27,492 nt of DNA, taken from positions 1 to 27,492 of IMG/VR virus record IMGVR_UViG_3300040985_000755. One strand, given 5' to 3'. Position numbers and translations under genes: made by a program. Under the pieces are notes generated by a model, which saw only the letters and a list, made by a program, of their open reading frames with translations, was not told where the DNA came from and ran no database searches. Every line of letters begins with the position of its first letter. Within the stretch, counting starts at the first letter, position 1. Positions 18,849 through 26,614 of the stretch are shown piece by piece. This stretch comes from a virus (Duplodnaviria > Caudoviricetes).

Positions 18849-19367
18849 TTAACTATCTAATATATCATTTAAACTGTAAGGTAGTACTAATTGTATATTA
18901 CCTAATTCATCAACTTTATTTTTAAGAGAAGCTATCACTTCATCTGACGACCATGCAAATCTAAGTAGGTCACCCTTAAACCGTTGTATACCCAAGTAGC
19001 AGTAGTCAGAAGGTAATGTAGCTTTCTTGTCTATAAAACCGTGAGGGTACACTTGGTAGTAGTCTACATCTAAACCGAACAACACCTTTATAGTGTAGGT
19101 TGATGGCTGTATAAAATACGGTATGCGAACTACTTTATAACCTAAACTTTCATAATCTGCATCCTTATCCGCATCTTTCAATATGCGGCTAGCACTCTGA
19201 TAATGTGAGATACCGTCGAACTCTACAATAAGCATAAGTGCATCACACCTATAATCTGGTCTGAGTCGTCTATTCTTAGAGTTTGGTACAGATTTATCGT
19301 GTATGAATACACTGTTCGGGTATAATTTCTCTAAGAGAGTGCCAAGTCTTTTTTCTGTTAAATACAT
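18849..19367 (-). CDS. Vsr/DUF559-like (PD-(D/E)xK-related) endonuclease, probable free-standing homing endonuclease
   Basis: Motifs 'RPDY....LIVEFDGISHY' and 'D..KD......GYKVVRIPY'; inserted between the capsid gene and the fibre module. Confidence 0.8.
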   Translation of the reverse strand: MYLTEKRLGTLLEKLYPNSVFIHDKSVPNSKNRRLRPDYRCDALMLIVEFDGISHYQSASRILKDADKDADYESLGYKVVRIPYFIQPSTYTIKVLFGLDVDYYQVYPHGFIDKKATLPSDYCYLGIQRFKGDLLRFAWSSDEVIASLKNKVDELGNIQLVLPYSLNDILDS

Positions 19368-19375
19368 AAGGTTTT

Positions 19376-19437
19376 CCTATCAGTTGGTGGACTAGCCAGT
19401 TGATAGGTTACTGGCAGGGGAGCTACCCTTTTCGTCC
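19376..19437 (-). ncRNA. Candidate cis-regulatory three-way-junction RNA with an SD-sequestering pseudoknot
   Basis: GGAC-GAAAA-GGG(UAGCU)CCC-CU-GCCAGU(AACCUAUCA)ACUGGC-UA-GUCC; loop CCUAUCA is complementary to downstream UGAUAGG, which overlaps the SD. Confidence 0.6.
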
Positions 19438-19456
19438 GTATTGTTAATGAAAACAC

Positions 19457-19485
19457 ACTATAGCATAATATACTTTGATTAGCAA
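19457..19485 (-). promoter_or_regulatory. sigma70-type promoter for the endonuclease cassette
   Basis: TTGCTA-N17-TATAGT with an extended -10 TGn, just downstream of the capsid terminator. Confidence 0.7.
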
Positions 19486-19489
19486 TACT

Positions 19490-19516
19490 AAGGAACACCT
19501 TTATAGGGTGTTCCTT
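19490..19516 (-). terminator. Hairpin/terminator after the major capsid gene, upstream copy of the 27-bp repeat
   Basis: AAGGAACACC-CTATAAA-GGTGTTCCTT, 22 nt after the capsid stop; U-tract is weak (TTAGTATT). Confidence 0.7.
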
Positions 19517-19538
19517 ATAGATTCTATACTAAGAGTTC

Positions 19539-20588
19539 TTAGTTAGAAGTATGTAAGCGGATAATAGCTGTTGGGTTATTACAGAAGTGTAAATCTGCAT
19601 TCTCAACAATTACTTTCCAAGTTTCTTTATCGTCTGAGATGTATTCACGAGCATGTAAACGTGAACCTTCTACTTTGTCGATCTCTTGTGAAGGACCCCA
19701 GTAAGATTGGAACATACCAGCAGCGCCAGTAGGTACCATGAAACCTTCATCATCAGCCATTACCTTAGTAGTTGTAACGTCACCGTTAGCGTCTAAGATG
19801 TTGAAAAGAGGGTTATAATTCACGAAGGTGATAGACTTGTATACAAAGTAACCAACTGAGCCAAAAATTTCAGCAGTCATGTTACCGTTACGTAATTGCT
19901 CACCTGGGTTTGCATAGTTAACTAACGATTCACGTACTTGGTCATGTGCAGCTAGCTTGTCGAATAACTCGTTACCGCAGAACACTACAGAACCACTTAC
20001 ACGACTACCCATACGGTAGTTTTCAGTCATAGTACGTACAGCACCGTTAAGTAAACCACCTACGTCTGTAGAAGCAGTACCTAACAATAAGTCTACTGAA
20101 GTTTGAGAAGTACCTGTAGCAGTGTACAAGTCAGCTTGAACTTCACCGTAAGCATTGTAAGAAGTACCTGTGATAGCACTTAAACGCTTATACTCTACGC
20201 TGTTCTCAATGTTGTTAACTAAACCAGAGAACTTATCCATACGTACCGCTGTTAATGTATCCATTTGGTCAGCAGTTCCAGGAAGGCGATAATCCATGAA
20301 GTCACCCTTAGTGATTAAATCTTCTTCGCGGATATAATCTAAGAAGATGCTAATAGGTTGAACTGAACGTTGTTGACCTTTAGAGAAGTCTTTAGCACCA
20401 CGAGTATTTGATTGAGGGATCACTGTTTTCTTGTCAGTAATATCAAAAGTGATGTTTGTATGTTGAGTGTTACGCTCTTCAAAACCGATAACACGATCAA
20501 CGAAAGAGTATTGGTTATCAATATGTTTTACTTCAGTAGTGAAGTCTGTAACGCGGCTGTTGTTGCCAAAATCTAAAGCTGTAGACAT
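19539..20588 (-). CDS. Major capsid protein (HK97 fold, lambda gpE-like)
   Basis: 349 aa after the protease and decoration genes; 'EY.R..AITG', 'V.CG.ELFDKL.AH..V' and C-terminal 'L.....P.AII.L' patterns; strong codon bias. Confidence 0.92.
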   Translation of the reverse strand: MSTALDFGNNSRVTDFTTEVKHIDNQYSFVDRVIGFEERNTQHTNITFDITDKKTVIPQSNTRGAKDFSKGQQRSVQPISIFLDYIREEDLITKGDFMDYRLPGTADQMDTLTAVRMDKFSGLVNNIENSVEYKRLSAITGTSYNAYGEVQADLYTATGTSQTSVDLLLGTASTDVGGLLNGAVRTMTENYRMGSRVSGSVVFCGNELFDKLAAHDQVRESLVNYANPGEQLRNGNMTAEIFGSVGYFVYKSITFVNYNPLFNILDANGDVTTTKVMADDEGFMVPTGAAGMFQSYWGPSQEIDKVEGSRLHAREYISDDKETWKVIVENADLHFCNNPTAIIRLHTSN

Positions 20589-20613
20589 TTAAAGCTCCTA
20601 ATTATTCTTGTTA

Positions 20614-21015
20614 TTATACTTGTGCAGTAACTTTGATATTTAAAGCTTCTAAGCGAGCTTCAACGGATGCTTTCTCAGCAGGTGATAATACGTCACCGTA
20701 AGATAGCTTTTGATGACCTACGATAGAAGTGTCATCTAATACGCCAACATCTAAGTCAGCTGGTAAGGCTTGTACAGCTTTAAGGCTATATACACCATCA
20801 TCAATTAAGACAGCTAATGTATCTGAACCGATAGTAGCTACGTCAGCTTGAACTACTTGTTCCCAAGTACCAGCGTTATCACGTAATACAGCACCCACTT
20901 CGATAGCATCTGTAATTGTTACAGAACCTACGCTACGTGAGTAACCATTATCTAATTCCATTTGTAATACTTCACCGCTTTTAGTAGGGCGAGCGTCATG
21001 TACGATCTGAGTCAT
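20614..21015 (-). CDS. Head decoration protein
   Basis: 133 aa between the protease and capsid genes; 'E...GYSR..G.V......GAVL' pattern. Confidence 0.78.
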   Translation of the reverse strand: MTQIVHDARPTKSGEVLQMELDNGYSRSVGSVTITDAIEVGAVLRDNAGTWEQVVQADVATIGSDTLAVLIDDGVYSLKAVQALPADLDVGVLDDTSIVGHQKLSYGDVLSPAEKASVEARLEALNIKVTAQV

Positions 21016-21046
21016 TTTATCTCCAAGATATTCTTATGTGTTTTTA

Positions 21047-21538
21047 TTAGTAAAGTTTTTTAGTTGCTTTCTTAGTAGCTTTGATGGCAGCCATAAGGTT
21101 TTGCTTTTCAGCTTCCTCTTTGCTTACATCTTCGTTACTCTTTGGAGCTTCTACTGCTAGAGGTGCATCAAATGCATCAACAGCAACCTTAGCTCTTGAT
21201 AAAGCATTAACAACTTCACTAAAACCACTCACCTCACGGTTAGTATGTAGTGCTGTAATTAAAGCTTCTGATTCTGCTTCATCGCCTTTGAAAGATAACG
21301 TTGCAACAAACTCTGTAATTGTAGCTAATTCTTGAGCTTCAATCTCGGCTTGCTTAGCAGCTAACTCTTCAGCGGCTTTCTCTTCTTGAGCTTTCTTTTC
21401 AGCAACTAAACTAGCTAATTGCTCTTCCTGTTCTGCTTTAACTTCTGCCATCTTAGCGTTATCAGCTAATACTGCATCTAACTTAGCATCCATCTCAGCT
21501 TTATAAGCTTCAAATTGGCTTAACTCTTTATCAGACAT
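21047..21538 (-). CDS. Nested in-frame scaffold protein (lambda Nu3-like internal start)
   Basis: In-frame ATG at 21536-21538 (MSDKELSQF...), preceded by GGAG 5 nt upstream, at the start of the coiled-coil region. Confidence 0.6.
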   Translation of the reverse strand: MSDKELSQFEAYKAEMDAKLDAVLADNAKMAEVKAEQEEQLASLVAEKKAQEEKAAEELAAKQAEIEAQELATITEFVATLSFKGDEAESEALITALHTNREVSGFSEVVNALSRAKVAVDAFDAPLAVEAPKSNEDVSKEEAEKQNLMAAIKATKKATKKLY

Positions 21539-22549
21539 TTCGTCTCCATTTAGTTCTTGGTCGTCTAAGGACAATTCCCCGACATTTAAGTTTTCATCAA
21601 TGCTCTCTACTTCAAGAGTGGCATCAACAGAATCATCCTCGATACGAGAATTCTTTAGTGCAACTGTAGGGGCAGACTGTAAAGTACTTCCTTCAATTGC
21701 TTGTTCTTTTAATGTAGCGATGTAATCTACAAACTCTACACCAGTCATAACTTTATCGACTAAACCTAAGCTGAGAGACTTATTAGCTGAGAACGTATCA
21801 GCTTTTGTATTAATAACAGCTTCACGAGTCATACCACGAGTGTCAGCTACATAGGTAACAAACTTATCGTATGTCTCATTAATACCTGTTTGAATCTTCT
21901 CAATGAACTCAGGTTTGAAGTCACCTTCTTTATCGAAAGGTACTTTATTAGCACCAGCTGTAACGTAGGTCACTCTAGCTTTATCTTCTTCAGAAGGATT
22001 ACGTAAGGCTACACGAACACCGATACTACCTATCTCTGAATCTGGATTAGTAATGATTTCATCGAAAGCACTAGCGATAACATAACCACCTGAAGCAGCC
22101 ATACCATCAACGTAAGCTACTGAGCGGATACCAGCCTCTTTAAGTTTAGACTTAACTAAGCGTCCCATCTCGAAAGCTCTATAAGCTTCACCACCAGGAC
22201 TGTCAATAAAAGCTGTAACTAACTTGACTTTCTCTTTGCTAGCGATTATAGTGTCAATATCTTGGACTAAACCTTGATAGGAAACCATACCACCACCACA
22301 TAAGGCTTCAATACCTGTAGGGTTAGCAAATACAGTGTTACCTCTAAGTTGTAATACAGCTACACCGTCCTCTATGATGAGGTCTTCCGTAGCTTCGTAC
22401 TCACCGCTTAAGATTGCACTCTCATTGATAACATCTTCAGAGTTACGCTTATTAAGATAACTGAACATATTATCGAGAGAGGATTGTGTTACGATGTGTG
22501 GGGTGTCATACAACTTAGACGTAAGCCTGTGTAATGTACCAGCCATCAT
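21047..22549 (-). CDS. Prohead protease (S49/SppA-like) fused to a scaffold domain
   Basis: S49 motifs 'IDSPGG', 'AASGGY.IAS' and 'GSIGV'; acidic coiled-coil C-terminus. Confidence 0.92.
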   Translation of the reverse strand: MMAGTLHRLTSKLYDTPHIVTQSSLDNMFSYLNKRNSEDVINESAILSGEYEATEDLIIEDGVAVLQLRGNTVFANPTGIEALCGGGMVSYQGLVQDIDTIIASKEKVKLVTAFIDSPGGEAYRAFEMGRLVKSKLKEAGIRSVAYVDGMAASGGYVIASAFDEIITNPDSEIGSIGVRVALRNPSEEDKARVTYVTAGANKVPFDKEGDFKPEFIEKIQTGINETYDKFVTYVADTRGMTREAVINTKADTFSANKSLSLGLVDKVMTGVEFVDYIATLKEQAIEGSTLQSAPTVALKNSRIEDDSVDATLEVESIDENLNVGELSLDDQELNGDEMSDKELSQFEAYKAEMDAKLDAVLADNAKMAEVKAEQEEQLASLVAEKKAQEEKAAEELAAKQAEIEAQELATITEFVATLSFKGDEAESEALITALHTNREVSGFSEVVNALSRAKVAVDAFDAPLAVEAPKSNEDVSKEEAEKQNLMAAIKATKKATKKLY

Positions 22550-22612
22550 ATCTCCTTATTGTTGTTATAGAGAAGACATGATGTAATCTCTTTAGTTGTG
22601 TAAATCATTAGG

Positions 22613-24292
22613 TTAAGACTCCATAGTATTCTCATTGTTTGAGGTACTAGAATCACCTTCACCGCCTGTCTTTTTACCTTCACCTGATGGTAGACCTTCC
22701 TTCAATCCACTTCCAGATTTACTCTGCATAGTACCGTCAGGATCATACCCCATATCTTCCCACAACTGTTCTTTAGTCATAGATTCCATATGTGAAGTAT
22801 CATAGCCTAAATCTTTATGCCATCTAATGATATTCTCTTTAGAGCGTACTAGGGCATTAACAGCACCCATACGCTGTACAACCTTGGAAACGACATCTGG
22901 ATTAGGTTCTGTAATAGAACCAGCTACCATGTAAGGCATCTCATCACTTTCGAGACGCATACCATTTAAGGCTAACATTGTAGGAATAAGCTTATTGTTA
23001 AACTGTTCTAGGATAAAGCTTAGGTCGTTCTGTAATAGTAATTCGTGGAAGGAAGCACCTGCCTCGCCACTACTGTAACTGTTTGAATCGTTATCTAGGA
23101 AACCTACACCGAACGTATCTAATATGGCTTTCCTACGCTGCTTAATCATCTCATCAGCATCATAGTTCTTACTGCCACCTTCAACACCTTTAATGGTCAT
23201 GCTATAAAGCTTACCCTTAGAGTGTTCATCTACATCGGTAGGTACCATAAAGAATGCTTGAGAGTTGGCTGATATGTTAGCTGCATCTCTTTGCATTTGC
23301 TCTACGTAGGCTGCTTCAGGAGACGTTGGGTCTGCTGCAGCTTTATTCATTATATCAACAGGACAACCAATCTCGATAACACCACTCATATCTTTAGAGA
23401 TACCAACAAGAGCTAAATCCTGTATTAAGTATTTCTCTTTCCAAGCTATATAAGCATGTTTGAATTGACTATCACCTGTAGGGTTTTCTGATTCAGAGTT
23501 GTAAGCGAAGTGTAACAGACGTTCAATAGGGATAGCAATATTGGTATCACTGTTATCCATTTCCATCCTAGTACCAAACTTCATAGCACCAAGCGTTGAA
23601 CCGTCATCCTGCCAAGCTGTAGACTGTAAGATACCTAACAGTTTACGTTGGTCATCCGTAAAGACCCACTCTTCAATGGACTTAGGACTAATAGGGGATA
23701 ACTTCTTAAGCTTCTTACCACCTTCCCATTTACCATCTGTAATAGTAGTGGGGACAATCTCTAAAGTAGAGAAGCCATACTTAGGGTAGGTAGTTACATT
23801 AGAGATTATATCATACCAGTCTTGTTCGATATTGGCATAGATATAATCCATCAACTCTTTAGCTTTCTTAGCCTTACCGTTACCGCTCTTACCTTCAGAG
23901 ATAGTAGCCTTGCTTAGTGCAATCCATAACAGTGCTCGCTTAGTGTAGTAACCTTGAGAGACAGCATCATCATTAGCCATCTGGTTATACGTCTGATAAG
24001 CTCTAGGCCATTTTAAGTCTTTAATTTGTTCTTCATAGATATGCCCACCAGATACAGCTAAAGCAGGGTAGCTCTTCTGTTTAGTACTGAAACGACTAAC
24101 TGGTAGGTTCTTATTTGATTTGGGAGTAGTGAGAGCTGATAATTCTTGCTCAACTTGAGGGTCTAACGGTTTGATGATAACATCTTTACCGTCTACCTTC
24201 TTGTGTATCTCTTCAGGGAGGTTCTCTGTACGAGAATGTTTATTCTTATTATTATTCCCACGTTTACGTTTATCATTTCGCAAGTAACTCAA
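22613..24292 (-). CDS. Portal protein (DUF935-like)
   Basis: 559 aa between terminase and protease; 'Y.QM..DD.V', 'YGFS.LE' and 'NP.G.S....AY..W.EK' portal motifs; TTG start with SD TAAGGAG. Confidence 0.92.
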   Translation of the reverse strand: MSYLRNDKRKRGNNNKNKHSRTENLPEEIHKKVDGKDVIIKPLDPQVEQELSALTTPKSNKNLPVSRFSTKQKSYPALAVSGGHIYEEQIKDLKWPRAYQTYNQMANDDAVSQGYYTKRALLWIALSKATISEGKSGNGKAKKAKELMDYIYANIEQDWYDIISNVTTYPKYGFSTLEIVPTTITDGKWEGGKKLKKLSPISPKSIEEWVFTDDQRKLLGILQSTAWQDDGSTLGAMKFGTRMEMDNSDTNIAIPIERLLHFAYNSESENPTGDSQFKHAYIAWKEKYLIQDLALVGISKDMSGVIEIGCPVDIMNKAAADPTSPEAAYVEQMQRDAANISANSQAFFMVPTDVDEHSKGKLYSMTIKGVEGGSKNYDADEMIKQRRKAILDTFGVGFLDNDSNSYSSGEAGASFHELLLQNDLSFILEQFNNKLIPTMLALNGMRLESDEMPYMVAGSITEPNPDVVSKVVQRMGAVNALVRSKENIIRWHKDLGYDTSHMESMTKEQLWEDMGYDPDGTMQSKSGSGLKEGLPSGEGKKTGGEGDSSTSNNENTMES

Positions 24293-24449
24293 GCGAGGTT
24301 CTCCTTATGTGTAGAACTGTGGAGGGTTCTTTGTAGGAATATTATTGTATGGGGGATACCTCTACGATTTCAGCTTCCAAGGATAGGCTTGAGAGGTGTA
24401 TTGAATTCAGCGGAGTTTATTTGAATAGCAACTCTCCGAAAGCTACGAT

Positions 24450-24509
24450 GGTAGGCATTGAAATACCGTGGTAGGCATTGAAATGTCAGGGTAGGTATTG
24501 TAATACCTT
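24450..24509. repeat. Three tandem 20-bp imperfect repeats, each with a dyad core
   Basis: GGTAGGCATTGAAATACCGT / GGTAGGCATTGAAATGTCAG / GGTAGGTATTGTAATACCTT. Confidence 0.85.
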
Positions 24510-24596
24510 ATATAAGCTCGTAGGAAGCGTTCTAAGAGGACTTCTCTTAAAAGTAATGCTACCCTATAGCTTTATTGTTTAAATGTTACTCCGTAC

Positions 24597-24625
24597 ATTA
24601 TAACACGCTAATTTGATTCTGTCAA
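24597..24625 (-). promoter_or_regulatory. Consensus sigma70 promoter
   Basis: TTGACA-N17-TATAAT with an extended -10 TGn and an A-rich upstream element. Confidence 0.88.
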
Positions 24626-24696
24626 GCTTTTTCTTAAAAGAAATACAAATTAGGTTGTTTTGGTAGGAATTACTCTGCTTTGTTGAGTTTTAAAAG

Positions 24697-24725
24697 AGCT
24701 TAACACTAGAATGATAATCTGTCAA
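24697..24725 (-). promoter_or_regulatory. Second, tandem sigma70-like promoter exactly 100 bp upstream
   Basis: TTGACA-N17-TAAGCT with TGn; shares AAGAAAAAGCTTGACAGA with the downstream promoter. Confidence 0.6.
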
Positions 24726-24746
24726 GCTTTTTCTTTGTAGGGAGGC

Positions 24747-26614
24747 TTATTTGTTTAAATTTTTATTCATGTTATAACTCTGAGGTGTTCCCACTGTGGA
24801 TGTTCGGCCTACTTCAGAGCGTAACGTGTCAAGTCGAGACTTTGTAGATTGTGACGATGAAGGTAGGACTGGGGTGGGTATTGTTCTTTCTCTAAGTAAA
24901 GCTGCATAGGCTGAACTTGTAGCATCCACCCAATCATCGTGATACCCATTATTCTTATCACCATCGAAGTTTTCAAGCTCATTGTATAGAGCGTCTAGTA
25001 CATCCTTATCGAATGTGCTTTCAACTATGTGAACGATACCAGCACCACAAGCTGCTACGAAAGGTTCAAACCTTAAACGTTTACTCTTGTTGAAAACTGA
25101 GGGGTCTTTCTTAACAATGAAACCTTCTGCTAGTAAAGCTTTAGAGGATTCTGTGAACTCGAACACACCAGCTTGTCCTGGATCTTGAGGTAAGATTATC
25201 ATAGTATCTTCGCCATCTGATACAGACTGTGCGAGTATTGATTCTTCCCTTTGAGCAGTCTTCTCTCTAAACTTACCTTTCTGCAAACCGTCTTTATCTC
25301 TGACGTAATCACCTACAAGGTAAATGTTACCTTCAGAGTCTTTCTCCATTTTGACTGAAGCAGTGTAATCTGGATCTCTTGCATAAGAGCTTTTACCTTC
25401 TATATCAGGAGTGCTTGATGCCTTGTCCCAGGCCCTCACTGCCTTAGTGTTGAGTGGGCGCTTGGCTATCTTCTTGATTTGAAATCTATTGAATATCCCA
25501 TTAGCTGCAGGTTGATACAACCAGTTACCATCTAAGAGCATAGCTGCATTTTGAGGGTCTGAGTTCTCTAAATCTTCAGCGTATGATTTGTTATTCTCTA
25601 ACATGATAGGGTTATCTGTTATGGAAGATTTTACAAAGGTGTATGTTCGAGGGTTAGATTTAGGGTACTTCTTCTTAAGCTCTTCCTTAGTCCATGCTGT
25701 GTGTAGTTCACCTTTTTGGAATATAAAGTAACGTAGTTTCCCAGATAGGTTATCATCAGCTATGCCTGTAGGTAAAAGGTAAGGCATTATATACTTCAGT
25801 ACCCATGACGATGGTGCTGGGTTTAGAGAGAGTCTTATAAAAGAGTTTACCTTAGCTTTACTTCTCAGACGAGTACGAAGATAATTTATCATCCACTCAG
25901 TGAAGTGTGTAGCTTCATCAATTCCTATATAAGTTACCTCTGCGCCCTGCCAGTTAAGCTCTATATCTTTCTCGTTTTCTGCATAAGAGAATTCTATAAC
26001 AGCGCCAGCTCTGCCTTTATACGGGAAGGTTATCTTATACTTTTGTTCTTGTATACGAGCACCAGCTTTTAGGCTACCGTCAGGGTTATACAAGAAAGGT
26101 TTATACATCTCCTTAGCTTCTTTCCAAAGTGTTCTTTCAATTTGTTTTAATGTACGTCTAAATAGTACACCATAGAAGTCTGGATCATCTAAAGCATACT
26201 TTAACACTTCAAATAAAAGTGCCCAAGATTTACCTCCACCAGCCTAGAGGTTACGTTTTAAGGTTCGTTACACCTTCTCACATTACTATGAGTATCGGAC
26301 TATATCTTAAATCACCTTATAGTGAAATCCCACCGTTTCGACTTCACTTGAAGCCTACTCTACCACGTTAATCTTTATAAGATCCGCTTCGATAGTCTCT
26401 GGACACATCCCTAATGGGACTTCGCTGCTGATTGACCTATAAGGTTTTCCAGCAATTAGATGGGTTTTTTTAAAGTGGAACCACTGGATTTACTAGCACC
26501 ACCGTAGAACGCTAAAACAGTGCCATCTTCAGAACCAGAATCTCCTGGAGATAGCTTAGCGAATGTCGTTTGAGGTCCTTTCTGGGGAGAAATAACCTCT
26601 CGTTTTTTACTCAT
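24747..26614 (-). CDS. terL: Terminase large subunit, spliced: join(26495..26614, 24747..26243), 538 aa
   Basis: Exon 1 MSKKREVISPQKGPQ...AFYGGA plus exon 2 AGGGKSWALLFEVLKY... restore Walker A GGAAGGGKS; Walker B YIGIDEATHF; nuclease motifs 'RAWD.A' and 'HDDWVDA'; SD GAGGA upstream of the ATG at 26614. Confidence 0.95.
26244..26494 (-). ncRNA. Group I self-splicing intron (IA-like, 251 nt, no internal ORF)
   Basis: Exon ends in U and intron ends in G. Conserved elements P AAUUGCUGGAAA, Q AAUCAGCAG, R CAGAGACUA, S AAGAUAUAGUCC. P1 with a U.G pair at the splice site, P3 CCCAUC/GGUGGG, P7, P8, P9 with a GUAA loop, and P10 CCAGU/GCUGG can all be drawn. Confidence 0.95.

Larger units (their letters stand above)
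18813..19516 (-). mobile_element. Self-contained endonuclease cassette (moron-like) bounded by a duplicated terminator
   Basis: 26/27-bp identical direct repeats at 18813-18839 and 19490-19516 enclose a promoter, a structured leader and the nuclease gene. Confidence 0.65.

Noticed and set aside
19389-19437. Hammerhead ribozyme reading of the three-way junction
   Set aside because: GAAA is present but the CUGANGA core is missing.
7880-22569. TATAACA upstream of several late genes (7880-7886, 9933-9939, 18703-18709, 22563-22569) as a late promoter
   Set aside because: It is a short AT-rich word at variable distance from the start, and one copy overlaps a stop codon; it cannot be told from chance or A/C-rich leaders without genome-wide statistics.
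24450-24509. Possible mini-CRISPR array
   Set aside because: The 20-bp period leaves only about 5 variable nt, too short for spacers, and no cas genes are present.
24747-26207. ORF-track start of the terminase at 26207
   Set aside because: It would lack Walker A; the true start is 26614 with splicing.
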